58,236 nt of DNA, filler included, from Sphacelaria rigidula (GCA_964200075.2; 8 parts of 8 records of this genome joined end to end with filler, not necessarily neighbours in it), one strand, 5' to 3'. Shown: positions 11,923-24,313, counted from the whole stretch's first letter. The notes: generated by a model from the letters alone, not told the origin. Numbers and translations: made by a program.

Positions 11923-13069
11923 CTGGAGATAGATCGTCCGAAGAGAGGCGGATGGGGGTGGGGACGGGGACGACAATTGAACATAAATATGACATTCCAA
12001 CAAAAAATGGATGCAAACAAGATGCATGTGGCAGGCCATCTTTCAACTCTGATATTATGGACACAATCACCCAAGATGCTTCTAGGCGGTACCGGGTCGT
12101 AGAGGAAGGGGCTAAGAAGTGCATGGCAAATTGGACCTGTGTTACCACTAGAGTTCCCTCAGTGTTGATAAAAGAAGGTCGCCGAAATGTAGCGAAGGGC
12201 TCATCACGTAGTATACTCCCTAATGTGTTTGCCGTCTTTCTGGAAACTTCTCCCTTTCACTTCCTGTGGATGCCTGGTATCTGGGGATGTCGTGTGTTGT
12301 TTGTTGACTATCGTTCGACTCTCGCTTGGTGTCCATTCAGTTACTTTACCGTGTTCGCACATCTGATTATCTCACCACCCCCTGACCAACCCGGGGGGAA
12401 GGCTTTCTCTCTTCTGTTTTCTTGAAGTCTTTCTCTCTCTGTTCTATTTTCTTTCTTTGTTTTGGAGTTTCAGAATAAATCGCTTCATGGGCGCTTCTGT
12501 TCCATGTAAGGAACAGTGGTGATGTTGCTGGAAAGACAAGCCTACGTCTCTGACCATGGGCTCGAGAGATAAGCCCAACGTGCGGAAATAGTTTTAATAA
12601 TAATAAATAAATTACAGCACATTAGCCCGATCTCTCAAACCTGTGGTCACAAACTATTCGCAAAATAGATTTGCAGATATTAACTGAAAACTCATTCGAC
12701 AGTCCCCCACTAATCACGGAACGTGAATTGGTAGAGTAATGGACAAGTTGTTTGGAGGACAGATTGAAAAGCACTTGACCTCCAACTCCAACGACGGGGA
12801 CGAGAGTAGTTCGTGAGTTTCTCGGTTCAGGGGAGCGATGAATCCGGCGCCATCACAGGCCTGAATCACCCGACACTTACACCTCCTGCATGGCGTGAAA
12901 AAATAGCGACGTTAATCGCTCGCACTGCACTGTGTCGGAAGCTCGCACCATCGAAGAACTGCAATATATCGGGACCTCGCACCATGCAAGAAACGCACTA
13001 TGAGCTGATCCACGCTCATCACCCAAGACTCATTCATTTGCAGATGTTCACGCAGAATCCTGGAATTAT

Positions 13070-13302
13070 ACTCTGAAAATTTGCAAAATTTTATCATGAA
13101 CCATTACAAAACCTTCAATGGACGGGGCCCTTCGACTTCTTGTTTTGCCAGTTATCGGGGGTCCCAGGGCTTTGAGGAAATTTGGAGGGATCACATGCCC
13201 TTCTGGGACCCCCGATAACTGGCGAAAAGATAATATATCGAAATACCCCTTCCATGAATTTTTATAATGTTTCGTAGGGTATGTATGCAAAGTCTCAGAA
13301 GC
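13070..13302. mobile_element. Degenerate foldback / MITE
   Basis: GCCAGTTATCGGGGGTCCCAG pairs with CTGGGACCCCCGATAACTGGC; weaker outer arms. Confidence 0.6.
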
Positions 13303-13787
13303 TAACCCCGAGAACAGGCGTGAACATTTGCGCTATTGTGCGATGAAGTGAGCTTCAAATGTACAAACCCCTAGCGACTTGATTTTATTATTGTACAGAG
13401 AAACGTATTTTGATGTTGGAACGAGAAAAATGCGTACGCGTAAGTTGTTGTTTTTTTTCCGTAACGACACTTCCTACGAATGTTCCTTGGATTATAGTAC
13501 CCCGGGACGAGTACCGTTATTTTCTGTACGAGTATTGCTTTGCTAGCCTTGGTCTCATGATAGACGTACCCAAGAAAAACGAAACTCAAATACGCTCCAA
13601 GGAAAAAAAAAAAGGAACAGAAACAGAAAAAAAAGGAACAAAAAAAGAAAAAAAGAGAGAGGTCGAACAGAACGACGTATCAGACTGAGTCGTGACAAAA
13701 AAAGTAATAAAGAGTCAACACATGCAAAGCACAGAAAGAAATGGCAGACCTAAAGCAAGAAAAAGGAAAACAAGAGGAAAGTACAAC

Positions 13788-13901
13788 GCAAATAAAATAA
13801 AATAAAATAAAATAAAATAAAATAAAATAAAATGAAATAAAAACAATGAAACGATGGGAAAAAAAAAGAAAAAAAAGAAAAGAAAAGAAAAAAGAAAAAA
13901 A
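13788..13901. repeat. (AAAAT)n and A-rich low-complexity tract
   Basis: Directly visible. Confidence 0.9.
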
Positions 13902-14047
13902 CATGCATTGTTGTACAACCACGACTTGTGCGGCACCCCGACTTGCGGCCGCGGCACAACCGACTGTAAGCGACAATTCGGTTTCAGCCGGGGTTTTTTC
14001 CTAATTCCGTCGCACATGACACCCTCAACTCTCTACACTTCGCAGCT

Positions 14048-14105
14048 GACTGATTGATTAGATTGTCGCACTTTAACTGACCCCCCAGGGGTCCAGCCGT
14101 GGTCT
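14048..14105 (-). mobile_element. Non-LTR retroelement 3' end with (AATC)n tail
   Basis: rc reads GGCTGGACCCCTGGGGGGTCAGTTAAAGTGCGACAATCTAATCAATCA; the same end is at 14655-14708 (+) and 48757-48795 (-). May extend 5' towards ~14430. Confidence 0.7.
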
Positions 14106-14585
14106 CATCATAGATTACAGCTTCGAATTTCGTTGGATGGGAAACTTGCCGCGTCGCAGTGCTACGTGGATTGAAAGACGCGCGTTGATTTGCAGATTAC
14201 CAACATGTGTCAAAGAAGGCACAACTCGCCATGCATCGTCAGTTAGAACCGGCTGAAGGAAAGTGGGTTTCTTGGGCGGCCCAGCTTGTAATCAAAATGA
14301 CAACGACTGAGCACACTTAGCAGCTGGGAATTACCACGCATGGGATCGCTTCCGCCAACATCGCCCACATGACGCGCTTCAAGCAGTCTGAAGCCAGATG
14401 ACATGCGCTGTATGGCCATTTTCTTCGTGACAGTTTTGGGGCTGATGTGGGGTGAGGGGGGGGGGGGGGGCTTTCTTTGTTGTTGNNNNNNNNNNNNNNN
14501 NNNNNNNNNNNNNNNNNNNNNNNNNNNNNTTAATTAATTAANNNNNNNNNNNNNNNNNNNNNNNNNNNNNNNNNNNNNNNNNNNN

Positions 14586-14658
14586 GACGTCAACCCCATC
14601 GGGGGTCCGCCCCTACAAAGCCGGGACGGAGCACGCCGGGTTCTCGCCGGACCAGGCT
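14586..14658 (-). mobile_element. Repeat A, 5' end
   Basis: Matches 43941-44012 and terminates at the same base (…CCAGGCT). Confidence 0.8.
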
Positions 14659-14708
14659 GTATCCCTGGGGGGTCATTTAAAGTGCGACAATCAATAAAAT
14701 TGAATCAA
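14655..14708 (+). mobile_element. Short (AATC)-tailed retroelement 3' end abutting Repeat A
   Basis: GGCTGTATCCCTGGGGGGTCATTTAAAGTGCGACAATCAAT. Confidence 0.65.
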
Positions 14709-14746
14709 CCAGTCCATCAATTGACCAATGGTCCCAACACACAGCC

Positions 14747-15061
14747 TCGCGCCCCGGTGGTGTAAATTAAAATGGTCCGACCGTCACCATTAGGGTGGAG
14801 AGAACGAGGGTTCGAGTCCCGATGTGTTGGGTTTTTCCTTCGAAGTATCTGATTCCCACCGTCGAAAGCGTGAGCGCATGAGTCAACACAGGGTAGTTGA
14901 TTGAGTTTGTATGACGAGAGTGGACGCGGTGCGGGAGTACTGACCCAATCCGCGAGACCGAAATGCAAGGCGTGTACCGGGGAGAGATGGATTGATCCCG
15001 TGAGCCCACGCACTCGTCCGAGGAAAGGGAGGTGTTCAATGTGCGACAAAATGAAAGGAGA
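14747..15061 (+). mobile_element. tRNA-derived SINE family 1, full length with 20-bp TSD
   Basis: Head GCCCCGGTGGTGTAA…TGG (A-box-like) and GGTTCGAGTCC (B box). TSD AATGGTCCCAA(C/T)ACACAGCC at 14727-14746 and 15062-15081. Confidence 0.85.
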
Positions 15062-15286
15062 AATGGTCCCAATACACAGCCCTACCATCTTGTGGCGACG
15101 GCTGGATTCCCGGCGAATCAATCAAAGTACGCCAGTGAATCGAACCGAATCAATCGATCACAACAAACTTGCCAATTGAACACCTGCACTGCATTGCTGC
15201 TGTTGAAAAAGCGACACGATGCGGACACTGACGACGCCGAAACGGACTCGCACTCTCCGCACCCAAGAGAGGGTACACATGCTCAC

Positions 15287-15433
15287 CTTCACCATCGCGG
15301 GTACCATACTCCGCACGTTATGTCCGCTGAAATGAGGGGCAATCAGGCGACGGGAGCGACCCCATGCGGCGCCTTCGTCGAAGAACAGAGCGGGATATAT
15401 TCCCACGGCCGCACCAGTCGTGGATACATTTGC
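15287..15433 (-). CDS. Cytochrome P450 exon (C-helix)
   Basis: tcgcag acceptor, gtgagc donor, 147 nt, phase 0-0. ANVSTTGAAVGIYPALFFDEGAAWGRSRRLIAPHFSGHNVRSMVPAMVK contains the P450 GxxWxxxRR...F motif. The rest of the gene lies beyond the contig edge. Confidence 0.85.
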
Positions 15434-15569
15434 CTGCGAGTACGTGCGTGATAAGCGGTGCGGTCAAGAGAGTACATAACCGTACGGATCTCGGGGGCGG
15501 CGGGAAGCCAACAACGTGATACTCGATTATGGAGGGAACGATGATCACCTTATCATTTGATGGAGGGGG

Positions 15570-15925
15570 CGTTCTCATGTGTTGCTTGCCTTAGTCGTTT
15601 GACCATTGACGACGCATCCCTTTCGAGACGGAGCAACGTTCTACTGCTAATAGAGACACCTCCAACATTCCGGTGCTTATCACGTTTCTTCCATATAATA
15701 TAAAAAAAAAACTTTTACATATCCTTTACCCGTCCTGTTTCGCCGTCTCTGGTCATCCATCTCCTAGTATAGCCATCGTTTTCTCCCTACGACCCAATGC
15801 ATCAAACGATTTAATACTTTCTTCGTTTACGTCCCGCATTTCCCCCTCTAGCACGTCCCGTTCCTCCTTGCATAGTTCACATTCTGCTACTTCATGGCTT
15901 CTGCTCTCTATGCTCTGCCCCTCCT
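15570..15925 (-). mobile_element. Decayed LINE 3' end (ORF2 C-terminus) in the P450 intron
   Basis: ESRSHEVAECELCKEERDVLEGEMR…KTMAILGDG has the ExxxHxxxxCxxxxxxR half of a LINE C-terminal zinc knuckle. It ends …GGTCAAACGACTAAGGCAAGCAACACATGAGAACG plus CCCCC; a C14 run sits at the 5' junction. Confidence 0.75.
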
Positions 15926-16487
15926 GGGAATGGGGGGGGGGGGGGAATGTCCGCAGATTGAAACCGTTTGAACAACATGTCAAAACTAATAATGTGTTAT
16001 CGACAGTTACAGTTTTCACAGCTGATATTATGTCTGCGAAAAACGCGGCGAAACGATCCCGAACATGTACATGTTCACGTACATATAATGTACATCGAGA
16101 GCTGCACGCTCGTATATTTGGACAACAAGCACAACAAGCACAATCAGCGCTACAACACGCCATGTGAGTCTTTTCCTCGAAAAACACGAAATCACTTTCT
16201 CTCTATACACACAAATCCCCCCCCCTCAACGGCGGCAAACACATATTGTGCCAAAAAGCAAAAGTTTGTCAATTTGTCAAGGACACTCAATTTTTTGTTT
16301 CATTCGCCACAAGACTACCAAACACCCTCGCAGTTTTTTCGCGGCTGCGGCAGAAAAGATTGAACGTCCAGGCTGGTATTCTGCCGCCGGGCGTGTGTCG
16401 CTATCCCCCCGCTTCCGTTCTTTTTTTGGATGGAGCCCCCCCGAAGTGGGAACCATCCAAATTCTGCCTTTTCATAGCTGCACTCAC

Positions 16488-16640
16488 AGCGGCAGATCCA
16501 CGCTCGAATCCGCCTGGGCGTCGCGCCAATATCCGGCGGCTTTCTGCTGGGTCGACAACGAAGATCCTCCGCGATCCAAACACGAACAACTCGTAGGAAC
16601 CTCCGAACTCATCCGCCCAGTCCTCGAACTGCTGATGAAT
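16488..16640 (-). CDS. Cytochrome P450 exon (A-helix/beta1/B-helix)
   Basis: ttag acceptor, gtgagt donor, 153 nt, phase 0-0. IHQQFEDWADEFGGSYELFVFGSRRIFVVDPAESRRILARRPGGFERGSAA fits the P450 pattern H..f..W..eyG....l.....vv.DP...... Confidence 0.85.
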
Positions 16641-17030
16641 CTAATAAGGAATTCAGTGTGCCGCGGGGTGGAAGCCTTCGTCATCTGTTCGTGGACGATA
16701 TTGTTGCCTGAAGAAAACTTGGTTTCACAACAGGGGCTTAGGGGTCGCATTTCGGGCGTTGTTTGAGGTGTCCACGGAAGCTGTGAGGCTGGTGAATTTC
16801 AAGTGCTGTTTACCGCGGAGTCATATGGCCTTATTTCGCGGCGAGCGATGATTGTAACAGGCATTTCGGTGTGTGACCGATTGCGTAGAGGTGCGCTTCC
16901 GCGCTCCCCAGGGTGGTGTGATGCGGGAAGCGACAGTGACTTGCGAAAAAAGCAGTGGTGGCAACATTGCCGTTTGGTAGTGACGATCGGGCTGAGGTCC
17001 TTGGGGCGGTTGATGTCGTAGTACGAGTAC

Positions 17031-17112
17031 CTGTGTTTTTTTCCAAGGATCTACAGTATCTGTGGGTGCACCGTTGATGAAGCACCTGCGGGGCGATGGA
17101 TGGGGTGCCCGT
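17031..17112 (-). CDS. Probable P450 exon (proline-rich hinge)
   Basis: ccaccag acceptor, gtactc donor; RAPHPSPRRCFINGAPTDTVDPWKKTQ ends in phase 0 and joins 16640. The first (membrane-anchor) exon was not located. Confidence 0.5.
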
Positions 17113-17209
17113 CTGGTGGACCAAAGGTGAGGCGACGAAAGCTTTGCGAGCGTTGGTGGTGGCGGTGGGAGAAGGGATCAATTGAGATAGATTGAAAAAT
17201 ATACAACAC

Positions 17210-17500
17210 GCGCCCCAGTGGTGTAATGGTCCTACTGTCGCCATTGGGGTGGAGAGAACGGGGGGTCGATTCCCGATGCGTTGGGTTTTTTCTTCGTAAT
17301 GTAANNNNNNNCGTGAGAACGTGAGTAAACGAAGTAGCCGACTGGGTTTGTGTGACGGGAGTTGACGCGGTGCGGGAGTGCTGATCCAATCCGCGAGACC
17401 AAAATGGAAGTCACGCACCGGGAGAGAAATGGGTTGATCCCTTGAGACCACGAACTCATCCCGAGGAAGGGGAGGGATTCAAAGTGTGAGAAAACAAGAC
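17210..17500 (+). mobile_element. tRNA-derived SINE family 1, copy 2
   Basis: Aligns along its length with 14747-15061; contains a 7-N gap. Confidence 0.85.
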
Positions 17501-19643
17501 AAAACACGTAATATGGGCAAGTAAAATTACCTCTAACCTCGGAAAACGAAGCGGGGTAATTCACCCGACTCTGAAAACAGTACACTTCACAAACCCCTTC
17601 AGCTCCACGTCACCCTGCGACGTTTTTCATTTCTGAAAGCTTGATGAGATAGTGCAATGTTTTCCCATCACCGTTCACTTTCGACGAGGGCGAGATTCGA
17701 CATTCGACCCAAGCTGTCAGCGTCTCAAAGTGTGCGCGTAATAGGCAACACGCGGAGTTCTGAGGGTGGCTCTGATACTTTGATTTTGAAACACGGAAAT
17801 TTGATTCTTCACACGCATACTCGATGAACACCGGAGACACCAGAACTCAAAAAGAGCGTCACTGTTGGAGATGCTAATCGGGGACAAAATATGTAGGAAT
17901 TTCTTGCAGAGAGTGTCATGGATCTTCCTGACGGAAAATCGCGCAAGCCAATGAGATGGGCATGATCCGCCCAGTCGGTCGGCGAAGAAGCGAATGGACC
18001 GCCCGGTCGGTTGGGAGAAGAAGCGTAGAAGGCCATCTACACCCATGACACCCACACGTCCCTGCTGCATTGCATCGCCGGTACGGTTTGTTCATCATTT
18101 ACTTTCACGTCAAAACTGTGACAATGCAACACAGATGACCCGCCCTGGGGGTGCCAGTCTGTATAGGTCGAGACAAAGTCGATAAAAAACGCACAGTAAA
18201 GTACAGCAGTGCAATGCTTGACATTGCAGTACAGTGTTGTCTTCTTTCTCCCACCGTTCGTTCCGTTTGTCTATGGGTATGATCAAGGATCAGACGGCAA
18301 GAAACTCTCCGACACCACCATCCCTTCCTGCCTTCAGTTGCAAAAAACGTGCTTGGGCTGCGGTGGGGATTCATTTTTGAGGCAAATAGTTCTCCCATGC
18401 AAACACAGCTGACCCATCATGCAGTGGCTGCTGTCTGTGTAAATAGACAAAGCCGAAGTGCACCGTACAACACAGTACAATCAGTACAGTCCAATGCTAT
18501 CTTCTCTGTGAAGCCCGCCGCATTCCTCCCTTCTTCTGTGGGTATCGTAGAGTATCGGGGTACTCTTTTGGAGATCGTCACTGAAGACGGTCGCCTCTTT
18601 CTATAAATAACCGGCTCTAAAGTTGAACTCTCTGAACGTTCGTAACCATGGCATCCATGAACACTGGGTTTCCGAAACCTTCGTGCCATCTCGACATGCC
18701 GTGAGACAACCGGGCCAAGGAACTCAATGGGGAAGTATGTTATGTGTGTTTCAATGGTATATTCGGAGAGCGTTCAGTCGTCGTCATAGTGCGGAAAAAG
18801 ACTTTTGTTATCAGTCTTCCTTTCAAACGGAGGGCAGGCAGGCCCACGTGGCCGGCTTGGTGCTGCATGCTCTTACAAATTCCGCTGCGTTTTCATACGT
18901 TTTCTGTGTCACGTTGGTATCGGTGCCACGTCTCAGGCCACCGAGGGAGGCGCTCCGACAAATCGTAGCCTTCGCGGGATCACCACCCCACAACTTTGCG
19001 TTGCATTCTCTAAAAATTAGGGGCGCCACATGTTTGCGGCAGGCCGTGCATCGCCTAACGTATTGCAGAGTGAGGGGGGATGTGCAAGGAAGCAGAGTTT
19101 CCTTCAGGCTGAAGTTTTCTGTAGACCATTTATGGCTGTATACATGCAACACATTCACGTTGAGGCGGTAACCCCATCAGTTTTCCTTACAGCGTAGGCG
19201 TCTGATCAGTGAGAGCGTAAGCAAGAACAAAACAAAATGCAGCTTACCGCGCAGCGCTTTTTTCTCAGGCCTTTCTTCGTTTCTTACCTTCTATATCTCG
19301 GAGTTCGATGGACTTTGACGTCGCAGTTTTTTTCTTTCCTTTGTCTCTTTCTCAGTGAATTTAACAGCTGCCGCGGTTCGGTGAATTTCGGAGCTAAATT
19401 TTATTATCTCTGTCCTGGCCGTCTATTTTAGCGTCACAGTGTTCCGTTTGAAAGGGAGACAAAAATGCGCGCCAAACGGGTCAAACATTACGCCCTTGCC
19501 GGATCTTCCATCTTCTACTCATCACGTATAACATAGTTTCATAACCGATACAGATATCCAATCTTTGGCTCAACCTCTTGGTAGTAGGCATTGCCTGTAC
19601 CACCTCCCAATTTAAATTACTTCCTTTCCACGCCTATCGTGGA

Positions 19644-19681
19644 GGACGGGGCCGCCTTTCGGCGGCCCCGTCCGATCCTTG
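19644..19681 (+). other. Perfect 13-bp GC hairpin followed by CTTG|T (Helitron-3'-end-like)
   Basis: GGACGGGGCCGCC-TTTC-GGCGGCCCCGTCC-GATC-CTTG-T. The hairpin is certain; the Helitron assignment is an inference. Confidence 0.45.
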
Positions 19682-21877
19682 TATTCCTTATCGAAGGTAA
19701 ATGTATTGAGTGGGAGCGGGAGATGTCATGATCAGGGTACGACTCCATCGAAGGCTCATATGAGTCAATATTCGTTTGAGACGGCGATTGTGCAAGACGA
19801 AATGATACGGATCAGTCAGTGCTGGAAATGCTGTTGCTGGTAATGAAATGCATTCAGCGGTTGCCAAACGGTCGATACCAAATACGTCACAACGAAAATT
19901 TGTCAAAACGTTCCTTGCACTATCTCGGGGTGAGTAAAAATTTTATTTTTTTATTTTGAAGCAACCTGTGCTGACTTCTGGGGGGTCTTCATGCTGGGAT
20001 CCCCGAAAGCCGGTGGAGAGCGGATAAACGTCGAAGTATTTTTGAACGTTTTTTTGTTTTTCCATTTGCAGCACCCGTATCCCAAACTGCCAAGTGTGAG
20101 GATGATCGGAGCTTTGCACTACAGTTACATGGGAAAATGTCAAACGACTTGCTGGGTATTTGATGCAAATCATCAGTGGAAATCCGACGACGCCAGAACC
20201 CGTCACCGGATACCACGCTTTGGGGTATGAGCCGATCCCAAACAAACTGTTTTCAAAACAGTTTTTGTTTTAGATTCCCTAGCTGATGTCCGTTTCCAAG
20301 GTTTCATTCGTCATGAGATTGGGTACAAATTGAGTCGGAAGTCAGCATTTTCAATTTCAGAACAATTTGAAGGCCCCTGATTGGCCGAGAAACGTTTTCA
20401 TCACCAGCACCACGGCAACGGACGCAAGGGAAAATCTGGCCATGCCACATCGTCCGCTTGCTCGTGGGGGTCACTTTGATCCCAAACATCTTTCTATCGG
20501 GGTCAGTTTTGCGTTCTGCACACATAGTGGAAAACAAATTTTGGGCATTTGTCACCCTGAACCAGCCTGTATTCGCGATGCGTGCTGTACTTCGATATGC
20601 CAAAATGATAGAAAAGTGTGCAGCGTCCAGCCGCAATACTTGCGATATTCGTCATCAACCACGAAAATACGGAGGATTTTAAAAAGACAGAAGAGAAGAA
20701 AAGTGCTGAGCAGAACAACGTCTAACACGGCGCTGGAATGGAAAATGACTCATGGATTTGTACACCTTGATATACTTGCTGTGCACGGTTAGGACGAATC
20801 AGAGTTCATACGAGTTGGCTCTCCATGGAATGACAGGAGTCAACCTGTACTAATTGTGGCACTGGGCCCACAGATAGGGGCAAGAATTACGAGTGGAAAG
20901 GTTTTTCGACCAATCATAGTATTTAAATACACCAAAATGCGGCGACCTTTCTTCAATCAGATGAGAAAAACTAGTGGAATATGAGTCGAAAAGTATCTTT
21001 GATTGGCCGATACATTGGGCCGCTGCGAGGCAGACGGCTCCTACCGTCAACAAACGAGGATACAGCAGATCCGTGCTGGCTCAGTTTGTTTGCCCCAACC
21101 TACACGCACCCGCCTTACGTGCCTTTCCCGATCACAGCACCCGAATATAACTCAAGTACCAGAGAAGACGCAACAAACAGCTGCACTATCCTTCCTTTGT
21201 TTGGACAATACTTTGATCCCACCCCAAATCTGCGCAGATCGAAACACAGCATGCAGCAGTACAACTGCTCAGGCACTTTCCAGCGCACATCGCACCGTGA
21301 TCGTCGTAGAGTGTTCAGATGCACAACAGCACAGCGACAACTACAGCACAGAAATGATGAGTTTGGGAAGCGCCTCGTTCGTTTGACTCGAGACGAAACA
21401 GCGAACACAGCATGAATGTTTCAACAGTGTGTAGAGAGCACTGCGTGCCGACAATATAAAGCAACTCAGGCATTCCCAGCGGAGATCAAACCGTCTCCAC
21501 AAAGGCCTGAAGACGCCACAGCCCAGCGACAGCTACAGCACACGAGACAGAGCATGAGTGTGTTTGTGCTACAGTACAGTGATACAGGACAAGTCCCATT
21601 CGATAGTTCTTCCCCTGATTTCGGGTGGGTCCTTGATTTTTGCCCAGTGGCGTTTTTCAAAGGCTCGGCTTTAATCGTGCTTCGCGCGAAAATATTTCAC
21701 ACCCTGTAAAACTATCCACGGTTAGCACAAATCATCACGACTCAAAATCACCAAATTCACGATTTCTTCGGCCTGATNNNNNNNNNNNNNNNNNNNNNNN
21801 NNNNNNNNNNNNNNNNNNNNNTTAATTAATTAANNNNNNNNNNNNNNNNNNNNNNNNNNNNNNNNNNNNNNNNNNNN

Positions 21878-22428
21878 GCCTTTCCTTGCTTTACCGCCGT
21901 ACTTACTCGCGTCTTCTAACTGAATGCACCCAAATCCTCTGCGGTACAGGTATGAAAGCAAAACAGTTTTTTTTTCCAACAGCATCCAAGAAATTAGAAC
22001 GACTCACAGGACGTGAGGGAAGGTGTCCGTTTTGGTTCGGGTCAGAGGTACGAAGATAGTGTCATACAGCATTACCAAACTGATCGGTGATTTGCATCAG
22101 GCAATCCAGGGAGACCGGAACAGAAATCGACAAGTTGTTGTTCTTATTAGAAAACAATTCGCATGGAACTGTTTGCAGGTGCACCTACACAGATTTTCAT
22201 GAGGAAGAAACCGTCCGTGTTGTATGTCGTGGCCGAAAGTCTATCGTCGTTCATTATTTCCTGGAGCGAGGACGGGAACGCATCCTCCCTCACGTCCTGT
22301 GAGTCGTTCTAATTTCTTGGATGCTGTTGGAAAAAAAAACTGTTTTGCTTTCATACCTGTACCGCAGAGGATTTGGGTGCATTCATTTAGAAGACGCGAG
22401 TAAGTACGGCGGTAAAGCAAGGAAAGGC
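21878..22428. repeat. Near-perfect 143-bp inverted repeat with 265-bp spacer
   Basis: 21878-22020 is the reverse complement of 22286-22428 with one mismatch seen; the left arm is cut by the contig start. Confidence 0.9.
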
Positions 22429-23316
22429 AGCTATGATCGGGTTTGGCTGCCGTACTGCCGACAGCGTCGCGTGAAAGCCACAAGACCCTTGCTGTCGGCG
22501 GTTGATGGCGTGGGTCTCGAATGCAACGACATGCGGTTGATCGTACAGTAGTCTCGTCGCTCCTCCCAGCTTGTTGTAGTAATAATGCATAACCGCCTGA
22601 CATCGGAATGATTATTAGATCATCATGGGAAGCACTGGTGCTGTTGTACCTATTATTACTCAGGTGCTCACGCGGCCACCGTGCGCTGCAGATTGCGGCA
22701 TGGGCGGACTCCTACGCGCCACGCTAGCAACAGTTAGGTCACCATCATAGGTATATTTTTTCACTCCGCATGTCAAGAAGGCCTCCACAAGTGTTTGATC
22801 TCTCACACGCACACACCCCAACTGGCGTGTCGTCAAGCGCCCCGTTGGCGAGAGGGGGAGGTTGGGGAGAATCAACGATGAATAACACCCGCTAAGTTCA
22901 AATTGGATCTATCTGTTATTGCCGCAGCACCGTCTTTGCTGGCATGTGTGTGACAGAGAACAGTAGTAGCGGTGACGGGAGCATTGCCCTGTTTTTCAAC
23001 GAGATGTTTTTCAGTGCACAGACGCGCGTCTTGTCCAAAAAGAGAGGCAGAGAGAAATTGATCTTCGCATCAAGCAAGAAGAGACGAAATCTCTCCGCAG
23101 CTCTCGGTGTTCTGGCACAACATACATGGAAAATTGGGTACATGCTGGTGACATCGATGATGCGAGCCTCTCGAGCGATAGTGGTAATTGCCGAACGAGG
23201 ACACGCAAAGGGCACGGGCGAGGAGCTTCCTCTCTGTCGTTGCCTCTCTCTCTGGTGATGTCGTCATCGACAGTGTACGCCGCATTCGTTGGGTGCACCT
23301 AGCCAGAGTTGCTTAA

Positions 23317-23420
23317 CCCTTGGACCGCGGTGCCGGTAGTCCGTCTGGATCACGTGTACTTTTTCCAAGTGAAAATTGATGCCGATTCAGCAGGTGACCT
23401 ATACTCTCGCGGTCTAACGG
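23317..23420 (+). mobile_element. Miniature piggyBac-type MITE (104 bp)
   Basis: TTAA on both sides; TIRs CCCTTGGACCGCG / rc CCGTTAGACCGCG; second copy at 49136-49228. Confidence 0.8.
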
Positions 23421-24313
23421 TTAACTCCTCCTGCGGAGTTTTTGTGAGGAAGATACCTTCGCTCTATGTTACTCTTTCGTATCTTCCCTGCAAAAGAGAA
23501 ATGCGACTTCAACCCCATTTAAGTATTGAACCCCAAAAATTAAAATCGGCTGTTATTTCGTGATTTCTTCGTAATTGGCGATTTTCTTGGGCTCTTTTCG
23601 CTTGCCACCGTCTATCACCTTGGGGATCTGAAGATGCTTGTACCCGCTCCGCATTCCAAGAAAAAGAATCCTCTGTACTCAATGTTGAGTGACTGACGGG
23701 CTGACCGGTCATCGGGGGTCTTGTGACGTTTCATCCCAGATTCTTACTCTTCGATGTTTTCGGCCGATCGAGCCTGTCCCGATCATATTTCTAAAAGAAT
23801 GTAATATATTATATATTAATATATATAGATGCTATACAATATATAACATATGATCATTATATTATATATTTGTGGAGATCGCCATTTGGGCATGTGCGGA
23901 GAGATTTCCTTTCATGACGTGTAACCTAGTGAACGGCTGTTACAGGGGTAAGTTCGCAGGAGCCCCGAAACTTCCATATCTGTACAGCCGGATCTAGGAC
24001 CCCAAGGTAACAGGGATCTTCCCAGCGAACTGCTGGCTATCCCTGGGTATCACTCTTGACCAAGACTCTCAGACTTCGTCATCGGGCTAACTCGCTCGCG
24101 CTCGTTGAGCTTTCCCGAGTGATCCACTTTGCCTCAACCCCACGACTTACGGTCAATCCTTGACTACATAACCCGAGGGAAATTATCAGCCACCTTCGAC
24201 GGTTTCTACCGTCACCGGGAGTTTCACGACTTCCACATTGGCGAACACCAGTTTCAGACAAGTGTGCGAGACCCTCGGATTTTTCTTTTTTACCCCACTA
24301 TACATCGTTCATC

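Noticed and set aside
14751..14825. tRNA genes (also 17211, 45190, 49047)
   Set aside because: A/B boxes are present but there is no closing acceptor stem, and each continues into a shared repeat body, so these are SINE heads.
19644..19680. Rho-independent terminator
   Set aside because: No U-tract and no bacterial gene context.
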